A DNA stretch of 64,000 nucleotides from Camelus ferus (Eukaryota). The translations under genes were made by a program, and so were the position numbers. Numbering within the stretch: the first letter of the stretch is position 1; each line of letters begins with the position of its first letter. Positions 38,282-52,447 of this stretch are shown in pieces. The stretch lies in assembly GCF_009834535.1 (NCBI RefSeq), contig NC_045696.1:59770001-59834000 (forward strand). The letters are read 5' to 3'. The notes under the pieces are model-generated. The model was not told the DNA's origin. It saw only the letters and a list, made by a program, of their open reading frames with translations, and did not search any database.

Positions 38282-39439
38282 TCCCATGGGAAAAGTCCAC
38301 AGTTACCCAGGAGTCTCATGTTTTGAAGTCTATTCTCCAAACTACATTTGCAACACCCACGTATGATTCTGGCAGAGGGACTCTGCTCCAACCAAATTGG
38401 TTTCTTCACTATCCCCCAACATGCGTTTGGCTTTCCTTCACCCTTATGTCTGTTCATACCACCCTACTTGCCTGGAATGTTCTTCCTCTTATTTTGGCTT
38501 ATCTAAAACACAATAGCCCTTCAGGGTCCCACTCAGATCCCATTTCTGCACAGGGCTTTCCCTGACCAGCCCAGACGAGATCTCTTCTGCAGTCCCACAG
38601 CAGTTTCTGTGTAAGCCACCAACTGCCCGGGACAGCTCTTAGACAGTCCCGTTGTGTTATTTGTTAAAATATCTTCATCTTTTCATTTGCAGCTTACCTC
38701 TGCAGCTAAACGATGAGTCATTTAGGACTTCATTTTCTCCTCCTTGTATTAGTGTGCACAAATCTTTGACATTTACATCAGTGAACACTTGTTTCCAAAA
38801 ATCTGTATTTTTTCATGTTTTGGGTTACCTTTTTCCTACTACTGCTGTTTACGTTAGCCTGTCAGGAGCCTCTACAGGCCTCGAGTTTGTGTGATCAGTG
38901 TTAAACATGTGAGTGAAGATGCTCAGAAGCCCCATAAGAGCAAGGGTCCCAGAGGAGAGGGAGTGTAGGGGGGTGTTGGAATTGATCGGCCCTGTAACAG
39001 GCTCTCAGCAAATAGCTTTTGGATGAATGGTCTTCCTGTGGTGATCTTACCGTAATAAGGGCTTTAACATCTTCCACCAAGAGCTGCTTTTTGAGGACTT
39101 GCAGTGAGCCCAGAATTACAGAGATTTCTTTGGCCAAACACATAAAACCAAGCCTATGCCACGGAAAGAAATGAGAGGGCAGTGGTTTGGTTTCTCAGAA
39201 GCTTCTAACCAAAATTTGATCCTTTCTCCTTTCCTCTACTTTCTCTTTCTCCTCATCCCAGTCCGTAGCCACTGTGGGGTAGCGAGGGAGCACCAGGAGG
39301 TGGTTGTTACCTCAGCCGTATTTGAGAATTCTGAGTTGCATCTTCACCCCACAAGACTGATATGCCCATCCCTCGTGAGCTTGTTAACTTAGGAGAAGAA
39401 AAAATCTAGGGCCCATAAAAGTTCTGGCGTTTTTATTTG

Positions 39440-39900
39440 ACTGTAAGTACAATAGTGTGCCAGCTGCCAAAACAGCCAGTGCGGCCATCATAGGCTGGGC
39501 TGATGACAGTGCAACGTACGGGTTGAGGGGAGTAACGGCCCCATTGTACTCAGAGCTCTTCAGACCACACCTGTCGTGAGTTGTGTGTGAGTCATGTGTT
39601 AGGTTCTGAATGCAGCATTCTAAAATGTTCTTGAACTCAACAGAAGGGCCCTGGAGGAGGTAACCAATATCATGTGGTCCATGTTATTTAAAGGAAAGTT
39701 GAAGACACCAAACTGAAGTATGGGGAGGAGTTAGGAGAGAGAAGACACACAAGAGCTGTCTTCCAAAAACTGAGCATTACTAGGGGAAGGAAGGGCTGGT
39801 CTCATTCTTGGTGGCTCCACAGGACAGAACCTGTGCGTGGAAGTTAGTTCAATATAAGAAGAACTAATAAGGTCATTCCCAATTTACAGAGTCTGGAAAT
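39440..39900 (+). mobile_element. CR1/L3 LINE fragment
   Basis: gctgccaaaacagccagtgcg...ccccattgtactcagagctcttcagaccacacctg...gttaggttctg resembles the CR1 RT 3' region. Confidence 0.65.
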
Positions 39901-42324
39901 GTTACAGGAGCATCTGGTATACTTGGACTTCTGTATCTAAGGCTTAGATTCTTTGTGCTTTCTTTTTTGGTTGCTCAAGAGATGGCACCAAATTCTGTAG
40001 TTAGAATTCATTTGGCGCCCCCCCCCCCCCGCCCTAAAGCCATGAGATCCTTTGTGTCCCTGAGTCCCAAAGCTGCCCTTGGTGCTTTATGGTCACATGA
40101 TCATACCAATACTATGGCCTCGAGGAGCTGTGACCTCTGCTGCTGGAGAGCTGCTGTTAGGGAACCAGAGCAGGTGCTCCCCACTCACCTGCAGTGCAGA
40201 TAAAACCCCAAGACTCCCCCAGAAACTCTTGGCGAGTCCCTCTAGACATGAATGGACACTTCTGAGTTTTCACCTGCCAACCCTGGTCTTTAATCAATGT
40301 TTTATTTACCAAGAGAGCAGCTCCACCCACCTCCCCCCAAATAGAGCTAAAATACTTCTTCTAGTTTTGTATTAAGGGATTGTCTTCAAGCCAGGAATAA
40401 GGACTCCCCCTGCTTTTCCTGTGTGCTTTTTAATAAAGCTTTTCCTGGACATACGGGGTGCTGGTGGTGCTGATGGTATTGAGTGTGTAAGGACTCAGAA
40501 GACCTAGGTGTTGGTCCTGCCTCTACTATTTACTGTGTAGCCCTGGGCAAGTTTCTTAGTCAGCTTGAGTCTCTCACTTATCAACAGTGATGTTTTGTCC
40601 ACCTGGGTCTAATCTCAAGAGAGTTACGGTGATGACCGAGTAAGGTGTGAATGTGCTTTGTTAGCTTGATAAGTGAGCATCCCACACATGTTAGCTCTTA
40701 GCCGCCTCATTTGCATTGTGAAGGGCAGGGAAAGGCAACCTTGTCATTCTTTATCTTCCGTAATCACACCTGGGGCACAGGGACACAGTATTTGTCAGTC
40801 AATAGATCAGTGAATGGGTGACTGTTGTAGGGTAATAGCTTAACAATCTATATGATTTGGTTTTATTCCTCAAGCTTGAGGAGCAAGAGCTTCCTGGTCA
40901 TGTGAGAGCCTACAGTGCCTCTGAAAAGCCCAGGATTCCACCTGCTTGAGATGAAAGACTGAGCTCCTAGAAAGAAAGCCTCCTGCCGGAGCTCTTGTCT
41001 TCAGGTGGCACATTGCAGTAGTTCATTGGGCTCAGGATGACACTGATAGACCCTTGGCTGATAATCTTCTGTTTTCAGGAAAGCGACCGATCAAGGCTGA
41101 GCTCTTGGTTGGTCTACCTGGTAGCCTGGCATCCTGAGAATTAGTCCTGCCTGCTTCAAGCAAAGCTTCCTGCCCTCTGGTTCCTGCCCTACTTTGATAG
41201 CATTTCCCTCCCTAGGTCCCCCTGGTGGGCCACAGAACATGGCGAGGGCCAGGCTGCGCTTGTGTGTGCGCTTTGCTCTCCTCTAGATGAATCAGCTTGC
41301 TTCATCAGACATGAGACAGCGTTAGCAGAGGTTCACAGTCCAGATAGGGGGTAATGACGGCCCCATCATATCCGTTGTGGAGGTGTGTGCTTTCAGGAAC
41401 TGGTTCCTCTGGCATCCCTCTGTGGAAGACATTCCTGAGCTAGTTGAAAGAGAATAGTTTGGATTTCCACCACAAAGGTTTAACCCCAAGTCACAAACCT
41501 GAAATGTCATTTGCCTGGAAAATCCAGACTTCAGTTTTTCTACTGTAAAATGTCTTTTCCTACTCCTATCCCCAATTTGCCTGGGAATGACTGAGCTCTA
41601 ATACTTTTTGTTGGAGGATTTTATACTAATTTTTATAAAAGGGTGGGGCAGCTTGGAGGCTGGTGTGGTAGGTGGTGCTGGACCAGCTCCCTTACCTGTT
41701 ATTTTATCAGATGAACTTTGACCTCTCCCCAAGAATTTCATTTAGAATTCTGTTGAGTTTCATTCACTAAATTCTTGGATTCCTGCTATGTGCTAGTCCT
41801 ACCAGCACAGAACCTTCCTTAATGGAGCTCACAGTGTAGGGTTAATGCTCACAATCCTTTCCTGCCTGGACTGTTGCAACCATTTCCTCCCTCATTTCAG
41901 TCTCACATCTCTTTATGTGACTACCAGAGGGATCTTGCTTTTCTTTCATTTTTTTCCTTTTTTAAAAAAAAAAACTTTAATAGTTCTTTTCTGACTAATA
42001 AAAGCATTAGATGCTCATTCAAGAAAAATTGGAACAATAAGAGTTTAAACACAAATAATCTCCTAACATCATCTAGATACATTCAGTGTTAAAATTTAGA
42101 TGTATTTTCTCCTAGACCCTTTTTAAAATAATGTAGTTAATCACAGAGTATATAAAATTTAAGTCCTATTTTCCTTTACTGTCATATCTGAGCTATTTTC
42201 CCAAGTCATGAAAAGCTCTTAGGAGCATTCAGACTGATCTTTCTAAAACTTAAATTCAATCATGTTAACTTCCTTGCTTAAAATTCTCCCATCATTGGTC
42301 TTAGAAAGTAAAGTCTCTACTTCT

Positions 42325-42412
42325 CTTTTTTTTTCTTTAATTGAAGTATGTTTGATTTACAATCTTGTGTTTAGGTGTAGAGCATAGTGATTCAGGGAAT
42401 TTTGCAGATTAT
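42325..42412 (-). mobile_element. Very short L1 3' end inserted in an L2
   Basis: Poly-T then ttaattgaagtatgtttgatttacaatcttgtgtttaggtgtagagcatagtgattcag. Confidence 0.75.
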
Positions 42413-42419
42413 GTATGCT

Positions 42420-42965
42420 ACACACAGGGCTCCTTGTGATCTGATCCCTGTGTACTTCTTCAGGGTTATCTGTTTCACTCCCTACCTCTTCTCTCCCTAG
42501 TACCCACTCCCTGCAACTGATATAACACAGTTACTTGCCAGTCCCTCACTCCTCCCACTTCACAGGCTATACCCTACCTACACCAGGCAGCTTTCAGCTT
42601 CCCCAGGCTGCCCTATGCAGTTTCACAACTTGATCCTTTACTCTCAGTGCTGCTTCTGCCTGGAACATCCTCCCACTGGTGTATCCAGTGAAATCCTTTC
42701 CACTTCTCAATCCTCAGTTCAAGCACTGCCCCTTCCATTAAGCCTTTCCCTTCCTGCCCCACCCCACCATAAAGCTGCGTGCCCCTTTTATTCATCCCCC
42801 ACAGTACCCTCCTGTCTAGAAGAATGCCCATTGTAACTTGGATTATGGTGGGCAGGGAACCATATCTTATCCATCTTCATTTCTCCAGCAGTTTGCAAAT
42901 ATTCAGCATGTTGTAGAAGCACAATAAATGTTTGCCTGAGTACAAACAAATGATCGGTCAAATGA
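42420..42965 (+). mobile_element. L2 3' fragment
   Basis: cttctgcctggaacatcctccc...aagcctttccct...caataaatgtttgcctgagtacaaacaaatga. Confidence 0.6.
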
Positions 42966-45623
42966 ATGCTGTTCACAGGGTGTGTAAAGGGCGCTTCTGG
43001 GAGCCCAGAGGAAGGGCATTTTATGGGTACGTGATCCAAGATCGAGCTGACAGGCAACGTGTTCTTTTTTTTATTGTGGGGACAGCCTTCCTCCATACTT
43101 AATATGGTTTTTTGAATTCTGTTTGCATTTCTGTTCCCTGACCTCGCATCGGCTGTAGGAGCACCCATTGGCAACATTTACTGCTTCCTCCTTTGTACAC
43201 CTATTCCTTTGTCTTCTGAGACTGCTGTGGCCCTGAATCCCAGACAGGGCAGAAGTCCTCCCTGTGGCTGCCCAGCTCACCACTCATCCACCAGCCACCT
43301 TGTACCCCCCACCAGGAGCAGCACAGACAGTTGCAGGTCAACCCTACTTAACTTGGCTGGAACCCCGTGTCCCAACTCTAGCCCAGGCAGCGAGGTCCTC
43401 AGAGGGAATCACTTTTGAATTATTGTAAGTATTTATAGCCAGTGCCACTATTTGAGACAGATCACCCAGCATACAGCTTAATCAAACCCTGTATTTCCCT
43501 CTTCTTCTCTCACTGCCTTGCCTTCCTCAGCTCCATCCCAGAGACTCTTTCCCCAGATATAACTTGGGCTCCTTTGCCCATAACAGGTCAGGCAGGAGAA
43601 GATGGAACATATTTCCTCGTGTGACACCTTGGACTTTCCAGGTGTCCTTCATTCTGTAGAAGAGACGAGAGCAGAGCAGCCAAGCGGGATGGTCCCCAGG
43701 AGGGCCTTGCAGCAGACATGTGAGCCTGTTTCCCAGGCCTTGCAGCCAGCACCCTGCCAGCCAACAGGCTGCAGAACAAAGGCTGGAACAGGACAGTGGG
43801 GACAGGGGGAGGGGAAGTAAAAGGCATGTAATCAGATCAGTCACCAGCTGAGTCCATCTGGGTCCATCTGGGGAGCCTGTCCCTGGTGATGGCACTAGGG
43901 GACATGGCACATGTCGTTGGAAAGCCCATCTGTCCGGTGGCTTGTCAAGCCTCAGCACCAGACACTCATTTCCTTAATCACTGGCTACAGATCCTGAATC
44001 TGTAAATTTAGCTAAACTCTTCTTGACCTTTCTGTATTTTTAGCCTGTGCTCCTTCTCTGGAGGACAACTTCCATGGTTGATTACTTGTTCTGTGAAATA
44101 CCTTTATGTCAAGTTTAAAGAAAGCTCTCAAGCTTGAAGACCCTGTCCTCTTAATTCTAGTGTCTAGTGTTGATACCACATTCATGTTCGGTTCTCGGAA
44201 CATTCTGTTGATTTGGGGGTGGAGTTGGGGAAAAGAAAGTTGACATCTCTTCACGGCTTTAAGTTTTTCAGCCTCCAGTTCTAATACTCTCCACCTGTTT
44301 CATGTAATGGCCACTGGTCACCTCATGCACTTTATGTATCCTGGACTTTTCCTGCCTCTATTCAGCCCATGTTGAAATACAGCAGCTAAGCGAGTGACAG
44401 GTACTCCAAATATGGGCTTTTTAAGACCATGCCCAAGCCATTTGTTCCTGCTGCCTTTGGGGGCACTTCTTGATCTTTGTGACTTTAACCTTAGGACTGA
44501 TCAGAGTCTTCAAAGACTATTGACGTAAAGCCTTTCCTTTTCCTGCAGCAGCTGCAGTAGACAAGTATCTTGTATAGATGGTTTGGATTACTCTTCCATA
44601 TTTTATTTACAGTTGCCCACCTTGACCTTGATCTCTGGTCTTACTGTTTGCCCACATTGCTTCTGCCAATTTGCGTAATGAAATGCTAAGCATCGCTGTG
44701 TGATCTTTCTTCCACGGCACTTGTAAAAATGTTAAGATTGACCCCATTTTTGAGCATCCTTATTGTTAACAGTTTCATCCGTGGGAACGGTGGGGGAAAC
44801 TCAGCATTGTAGAGCATTTCTTATTTTTCAAAGGGTTTTACAACTGTTGTCTCTGTCTATTCCTTCACAGTCTATAGAAAGGAGAGACCCAGTTTGCAAA
44901 TTAAGAAAAATTGAAACATAGAACAATTTTAGCTGTCTCACTTAAGATGATCCAGGGGTTAGCAGCTGCAGATGCTAGTCCCTGGATTAGAATCCTTTAC
45001 CCTTAGCTCTTTCTAGAGTAACATATTAATCCCTTTAACTTGCTTCTCAGTCCTGCAACACCTTAATTAAATGATGAAAGAAATTAATGAATGAAAGAAG
45101 GCCCTTGGTAGATAACCTTAGCAAAGATGTTTTTAGAAAAGGGTAAATAAATCTCTTCACCTTTTCTTATCCACATCTCATTGGCCTCTTCACAGAAAAT
45201 TGTAGCTGATTTTACCAAACAAATTCTCCTATCACTACCCTCCCTTTATCAATTTGCATTTGCTGGTCCTACAACTAATTTTCTTTTCTAACTGCTTGTT
45301 TGGTGTAGAATTGCGATGATTAGCTTTACCTCTGGAGCTCTTACCCAGAGATCAATCACTTTGATAATGTTCGTTATGTCTGGGAAATTAGCAGCCCATT
45401 AGGCCAAGTACATCCTGACTGCCTGAGAAGGCGGCGGCTCTGGGCTCCCTGCCGCAGGAAGATGGGCGTCTCTGGTCTCCTGGTGCCTCACTGAGGTTCG
45501 GTGAGAACAGCCTTGATTACTGATCTACCATATTGGCTGTGGCTAGGCTGGGGAGGGCACGAGGGCTTCCAGATGACTTTCTAGCGTACACTTCTGTAAG
45601 GCTATTTATTCTTCTCTTTTCAG

Positions 45624-45754
45624 AGTCTAGAAGGAGGCTCATACCGGGGAAGTTTGAAAGACCCCACAGGCTGCCTGAACGAGGGTACGACCCCGTCCAC
45701 ACCTCCTAGAAACCTGGAAGAAGAACAGAAAGCCAAGGCCCTGAGAGGCAGGAT
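45624..45754 (+). CDS. KALRN: KALRN exon: SLEGGSYRGSLKDPTGCLNEGTTPSTPPRNLEEEQKAKALRGR(M)
   Basis: Acceptor cttctcttttcag|AGT, donor AT|gtgagt; 131 nt, phase 0/2. Confidence 0.94.
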
Positions 45755-46297
45755 GTGAGTGGCTTCCCCAGACTCCAGCCTGGTGCGCGTCGTGCGAGCG
45801 GTGGACAAGGGGCAAGGGTCCTGGCAAGTCTGGGGAGAATGAGAGATTCCCCACACTGTGTTTCCATTGATACCATTCATTCTAAGTAAAGGTGACCTAG
45901 GCCTGTACAGTGTGGCGTTGATCAACAAGGAGCTCCTGTGGCACTGACTTTAAGAAATTTCATCTGAAATATTTTCTGTGAAATAGGGGCTATTACTCAC
46001 AAAGTGTGGTTGTAACCAAGGTCTGTTAGAAATGTCAAACCTACTGATAAAAAGAAAACAACAAGGCTCAAGGGACTCTGGGACCATTACTGTGGCCCCA
46101 TATCGAAGAATCCGTGGTAGAAGGTTGGATGGAGTTTCATCCATCAGGATGCGTTTCCCCACATACAGGAAAGTAATGTATGGAGCTGTTGTGCTACCAG
46201 GCCGGGTTCTACCTCCAGCCCTTCTCCAGAGGTTTTATTTATTGGGGAAAAAAAAAAAACCTTTTTATGTGGTGACCCTTTTTTTTTGCAGCCCAAG

Positions 46298-46665
46298 TTT
46301 TTAAAATTGAGATACAGTTGATGTACAATATTAGTTATAGGTGTACAACATAGTAATTCACAATTTTTAAAGGTCATACTCCATTTATAGCTATTATAAA
46401 AGAGTAGCTATAATTCCCGCATGTTGTACGATATGTCCTTGTAGCTTATTTCTTTTATACATAATAGTTTGTACTTCTTAATCCCCTCCCCCTATCTTGC
46501 CCCTCCTCCCTTCCCACTCCCCACTGGTAACCACTGGTTTATTCTCTATATCTGTGAGTCTGTTTTCTTTTTGTTATATTCAGTAGTTTGTTGTATTTTT
46601 TTTAGAGTCCACATGTAAGTGATAATCATACAGTTTTTGTCTTTCTCTGTCCGACTTATTTCACT
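46298..46665 (-). mobile_element. L1 3' UTR fragment
   Basis: aattgagatacagttgatgtacaatatt...ccccactggtaaccact...tagagtccacatgtaagtgataatcatacag. Confidence 0.88.
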
Positions 46666-47919
46666 GTGGGCTGAGTTCCAGGAAAACCTCTTTACTCTTT
46701 GAATGGTTAGGGGTGGATACCTTTGACGCTGCAGTCCGTTTCACAAAAACCCATATGTTATGCAAGGTTTGAGTCATCTACCCTGATGTGAAGTCAATCG
46801 TCTATCAATTGGTTTGACCAAGAAGATAGCAGATACCATTCATGCATAACCACAATCCTTCTGAAACTTCAGTTTTCTTGTTTAGGGTTTGACTCTGTTG
46901 GAAGCAGAGCTGCTGATGAGTCTTGAACATAGTTGGATGTGTGAGAGGTTATAGACGCAGTGAGAACAGCATAGGCAGGCATAAAATTTTCCTCCCGGTT
47001 GCTAATTAGCCTCCCCTTCTCCCTTTAGCCTGGTCGTAGACATGAAGATTAGCACAAATAAATGAGATCAGGTCCTTCTGTTGCCTAGAGATGAGTTACC
47101 ATTTATGACTGTTTCCTAGGAAACATCATAGCCAGGGCCTGGCCCCCGAGCAGGGCTGCCATCTCTTAGTGGAGATGAGCAAGTGCATGTAAGCTCTCCG
47201 ATTCCATATTTACCCCCTTAACTTTATGAGTGCTCAGGGGAACCCCAAGAATAGAATAGAGGCAAGGAAATATCTTCTCCAAAGGGAAATTTCTCAGGAC
47301 TTGTACAAAGCTGGTTCTCCTTAGCTTTTCAGGTTGTTTTTACACAGATGAGGAAGAGTTGGAGCTGATGCTCCAGTCTTGTCAAGCCAAAGCAAAACTT
47401 AGATCAGGAAGGTGAAAGCTGATAGTCACAGGGGTGACCTCTGAGGCAACAGGATGGTCCTTGGCAAAGCCCATCACTAATCTTGTAAATGGGGCTAGGA
47501 ATAGTCATTGAAGCCATTGTTTTACTTCCAGACGTAATACTGTCCACTTTTGCTCCAACAGGCAGAAGTTTGTTGCCTCTTTTATCCACTTGACTCTCTT
47601 CCTTCTTCTCATTCTCTCCCCCAACCTCACATCTCTGCACATCCCGAGCTGTCCTGAAAATCCAGCCCTTAGGATGACTCATGCCTCTTACTGTATACTG
47701 CCCTTATTCTCCCCTGCTGTATTTTATGGCCATGATGAAAGAGAAAATGTGCCAGTGTTTAACTGTAAATCCTATGTGGGACTGGAGGCTAGAGAACAGA
47801 GACTCAGTCCAGTAAATGTCAAAGGGTTAAATGGGAGATCCATGGAGAAAAGATGAAAACAGGGTTATTTGTCCAGGAGAAGAAAGAAGCTGAGAATGGA
47901 CTCAATTGTCCTCAAATTT

Positions 47920-48280
47920 TAGTCACTCATTTATTTAACAGATATTTGTTGAATACCTATTATGTACCAAGAGCTTGGAATACATCAGTGAATGAAACAA
48001 ACAATACCAACAAAAGAAAAGTCCGTGTTCTCATGGCCAGTTCACATTCTAATGGGAGAGGTCATCCAGTAAACAAAATATAAAATAGATCATGTAGTAT
48101 GTTAGAAGCTGGAAAAAAGAAAAAAATAGTAAAGGAGGTCAGGAGTATGGATGAGGCTAGTTGTAGTTTTAAATGGTTCTGACATTCGCACAAAGAACAA
48201 GAGGAGGTTAGGAACTGGCCTTTAGCCATGGAGGAAAAGTACTCTCAGCACAGGGAACAGCCAATACAAAGGCTCTAAGA
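47920..48280 (-). mobile_element. L2 3' fragment
   Basis: cactcatttatttaacagatatttgttgaatacctattatgtaccaa...gggaacagccaatacaaaggctctaag. Confidence 0.7.
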
Positions 48281-50141
48281 GATTTTCTGTGTAAGACCAG
48301 CCATTCCCTACCATTGTGAGGGGATAGGGGTCAGAAGTAGGTCTGACCTGTAGTTGGACCAAAGAATAATATTTACTTTGTCAATAATTTTTATTAATAA
48401 GAAATGAATATGAAAAAAATGCCTGATTATCAGCTCAGTTGATTTGGCAGTTAATTGTGCACTGCCTTGAGATGCATGTAGTTTAAATCTTCTGTGTGCC
48501 TTTTCAGAGTATCTTTTAATGTGTCATTATCTTCCCAAGTATTTCATCCGCTTTTCAAGGGAGGAGATGCTTGGTCCACTGGCAGCACCTAGTCCAGTCC
48601 CCTTCCCTGGAGGCTGGAAAGCCTAGGACAGCCTTCAGTGTCAGCAGGTACCTTAGGATAAAAATAACGTCTGGAGGCAGAGAGCTGGATTCATCTCCAG
48701 AAGGCCCTTCTAGCCCCAAATTCCCACTCTAACTTTCCTGTGGGTTTTCTTTTACCACTTTCTCCCAAGCGGTAATTGGACCATGCTAAAGATATATTTA
48801 AATGCTTTTATTTGGCCTTGCCAGTTCCTTCCTGTGGCCTAAAACACATAATTGTGTGTGTTAGAGAGAGGGAACTGGTTGGAAGTGCTGGACTTGCTGA
48901 TAAAGAGGCATGTGTTCCCCTTGCCTCCTCCCCATCGCCCGAGGCCCCAGACAGCAGGGAGTTGGTGGCTTCTCTGTGCTGTATGCAACAAGAATTTCAG
49001 ATGAATTGCTTCTTGGGTTCAGAATGGCTACCACCCTTATTCTGGGGCCCCTCTTTGGCATCCCAGAACTTGATCCCTTCTGCCACTTGGGCCAAAAATG
49101 CAGTTGTGTGGCTGCAGGCAAAACTCTTTTAAACTTAGGTAGTACAAGGCAGACTCTAGGAAGCCGGCTACAGCTACCCTGCCCCTGTGCACAGTCACAT
49201 GTGTTTTCTGTCCAGCTTTTTACGGGGTTTGATACTCCAGAGAGCCAGTCTGAGTGGCTCAACCAGGCAGCGGGCGACAGTGAGAGCAGAGACTTGGGAC
49301 TCTGGTACAAGTGGGTTCCGATCCCAGCCCTGCTTCTCACGTAGTCACCTTGGGAAGCACTGCCTCAGTGTCTGCATCGGACAGGGCTGATGATCCTCAC
49401 CTCCTCCGCAGCTTGAGGAAGCCCGGACAGGGTAACTGGCACAAAGAGGAGGAAATCATTAACAAGAAAGTAAATGTCCTTGTAGTGGTTAAATCGCACA
49501 ACTGGTGGGGTGGGGAGGTGGCCGTGTTGAAAGTGCTGATTAGGGAATGTCTGTGGTCAGTCTTTCCGGCCTTGACTGGGGATTTTGCAGGCCAGTTACC
49601 ATGGACACCTATCTGAATAATTGTAGCTTCTATATCTTAAATGCCTGACTTGATGTCAGTGTCTCTGAGACCCAAAGGTTGCTTGTCAAATAAATGTCTT
49701 TCTCTTCTTGTTAAGCAAAGAATGGAGCTGACTTGGAGGAGGAAAAGCCTCCTGCTGACCCCTTGGCCTCGAAGCTTTCATAGCTCAGTCTTGCCAAAGC
49801 GGCTGTTATTCCTTCTGCCTTGTGTCTGTGCAACTGTTCAGTTATAGGTGAGGGAGGAGGCAGCATAAAGAGTAGAAAGATGAATGCTGGGCTGTAAGCA
49901 TCGTTCTTCGTCTGGCTCTTGGGTGCTGTCTGGGAAAGCCCTCTCGGTCTCAGTGCCCCCAGCTCCTCACCGGGGGCCCCTCATGCAGGGACCACCGGCC
50001 AGCACCTCCCCTGGGGTGCCTGGTGTGGGGTTTGGGTGGTCTTGTCAGAGAGGCACCAAACTAACTTCCCCGTGAACTTTAGTGTGAAGACCTAACTTCA
50101 CAACGAAAAGGAACCCTCATTGTTCTTGATCTCCTGCTCAG

Positions 50142-50208
50142 GTTCGTCCTGAATGAGTTGGTACAGACAGAGAAAGACTACGTCAAGGATCTGGGGATTG
50201 TGGTGGAG
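50142..50208 (+). CDS. KALRN: KALRN exon, start of DH2 domain: (M)FVLNELVQTEKDYVKDLGIVVE
   Basis: Acceptor ctcctgctcag|G, donor GAG|gtgagt; 67 nt, phase 2/0; DH CR1 motif ELVQTEKDYV. Confidence 0.96.
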
Positions 50209-51676
50209 GTGAGTGGATGGCTCAGGGTGGGTCCATGGTCACCCAACCAGGGGCATATTGGGCCATACCTGGGCCCTGAGGGGTTTTAACGTGATGGGAT
50301 GTATTTCACTCTCCCTGGGTATTTGCAGAAATGAAACTAAAAATGGTAATAGATCAAATAAAATATGTAGGTAAGTTTTTTTTCTTTTCCCCTTAAACTA
50401 TTAGAAGAGGTTTAGAGACAGGTAGGGCCCAAAATGTTTCAGCTTCTTGGTTAGACCTGAATCCATTTCACCTTATTTTAGGTGACCAAGTTATTGTCTC
50501 CAAAACTGTTCAATGGTATTTAACATATATACACACATATATATATACATATAACCATATATGTAAGAGTATATATGTATATATGTATATATATTCTTCA
50601 CAGCTATGAGCCACCATGGACACTAAGCAGGTCAAGCAGATCACTCTTAGTAAAACCTTGGGGCTTATATGTTTCCTTAGATTTTAAGGAGAGCATTATT
50701 GATAGCAAGGGGACAGACAAAGAAGAAACCACCAATAAGGCAAGATTAGCAGGTCCACAGGTAAGAGTCCACTTGGAAGTAAATAAAACAGCTCTCTCCA
50801 TAGGGGTTTACTTTAGGGGGACTTAGACACTTGGATGAGAAAGTCTAAGAAAGTAAATGGATAATTTAGATGGCTTAGCTCTGCTGTTAATCACCTTAAA
50901 TGAAAGGATGTGAAGTCTGAAAAGTGAATGCCGGATAGCTAAATCACCTGCTGGTTCCTTACATTTGGTCGACAAGTCCCCATCTTATGAAACCTGCTGA
51001 TTTAGGGGTTTGTATTTGCCTATCCTGAGCCTTGGATAAACAGGCTAACCTGGCATAGAGAGGACTTGAATTTTAACTTATGGAATCCTCTTCTCCAAGG
51101 TAGGATGGGGGCGGCTAGAGGTGCAGCAGCCTCCACATGCAGTCCAACCTAGGAAGGGAGGGCTTGGGAATCTGGAGACCGAGATCCAGGGAAGTCAGAC
51201 ATCACTGGTGTGACATAAGACCAATTATGTAATTCCCCATGCACTGGCTCTCTTATCTGTCAGATGGGGGTAAATGCTGTCTGTACAACCTCACAACTTG
51301 ATTTTAAAGGTGAAATGAAATTATATATGATAGCATTTTACAGAATCTCAAGTAGTCACATATTGAGACTTATTTCTAAGTCAGACATACCTAGTTTTGA
51401 GCCTTTAAAGACGTAATTCAGTAGGATTGGGAGACTGGAGAGGAACAGACAACTGTTTCTTCTTTGTCCTGCTTTCTGAAGGGGACTGGAGACAGAGGGA
51501 CCCAGAACTTCGTAAAAGTTTTGTCTGTCACTCTGCACAAGGGTGAAGTCCTGGTTGAGTGGTGAGAAACTGCAGAAGCCCTGGCCCTCGTGCTCACACA
51601 GAGGGTGGGCTTCCACGGGGCTGCAGGGCATTTTCCTCCTGAAAATGCTATACTCACCATTGTCTCTGCCCTGCAG

Positions 51677-51780
51677 GGCTTCATGAAGAGAATAGAAGAG
51701 AAGGGTGTCCCTGAGGACATGCGAGGAAAGGATAAAATCGTGTTTGGAAATATTCACCAGATTTACGACTGGCATAAGGA
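51677..51780 (+). CDS. KALRN: KALRN exon, DH2: [34 protein letters not shown](D)
   Basis: Acceptor ccctgcag|GGC, donor GA|gtaagt; 104 nt, phase 0/2; FGNI motif. Confidence 0.96.
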
Positions 51781-51962
51781 GTAAGTGCTGTGTTGCCCTG
51801 AGGACCAGGCTGTCCTGGGGATCCAGGACTCCACCGCCCTCCTCAGGCTTCTGACCTTAGGGGTGGGATTTGGGGAGAGACTTCCATCATTTACCTCTTC
51901 ATTGAGAAATAATAGGATTCTGAAGGATGCGGTTTCCTTCTCTTACCTCCATCCTCTTTTAG

Positions 51963-52032
51963 TGTTTTCCTGGCTGAACTGGAAAAATGTATCCAGGAGC
52001 AAGACAGATTGGCACAGCTCTTTATTAAATAT
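51963..52032 (+). CDS. KALRN: KALRN exon, DH2: (D)VFLAELEKCIQEQDRLAQLFIKY
   Basis: Acceptor cctcttttag|T, donor TAT|gtgagt; 70 nt, phase 2/0. Confidence 0.95.
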
Positions 52033-52360
52033 GTGAGTGTTTCCTTGCAGCCCCTCCCGTCCCCTTCCCCCCGGGCTCATTTACATGCATTTTACAGTTC
52101 CTTCTCCCCTCTGCTCTTCCTTCTCCTCCCTCTCTGAGTTACTAGGTGGGGGAGGGGGTTCTTTTTTACTTTCCTGGCAGTCTGGGAGACAGGCTCTTGC
52201 CCACTGTTTTTACTCTTCCATCCTTGATATTTAACCACCTGGGTGCGTCCCTGCAGCGTGGGCCATATCTTTGTGCTTGCCTCAGTGTGTAGACCAGCAC
52301 AGCATTCTGACTGAGTGCTGGGCAGGAGATGCCTGAGCGCCTGTCCCTCTGCCTTTGCAG

Positions 52361-52447
52361 GAGCGGAAGCTTCACATCTATGTGTGGTACTGCCAGAATA
52401 AGCCGCGCTCCGAGTACATCGTTGCCGAGTATGACTCTTACTTCGAA
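52361..52447 (+). CDS. KALRN: KALRN exon, DH2: [29 protein letters not shown]
   Basis: Acceptor gcctttgcag|GAG, donor GAA|gtaagc; 87 nt; YCxNKP motif. Confidence 0.96.

Noticed and set aside
48776..49616. Cluster of overlapping 100-159 aa ORFs on both strands
   Set aside because: No recognisable protein similarity or exon boundaries, and the KALRN frame is complete without them
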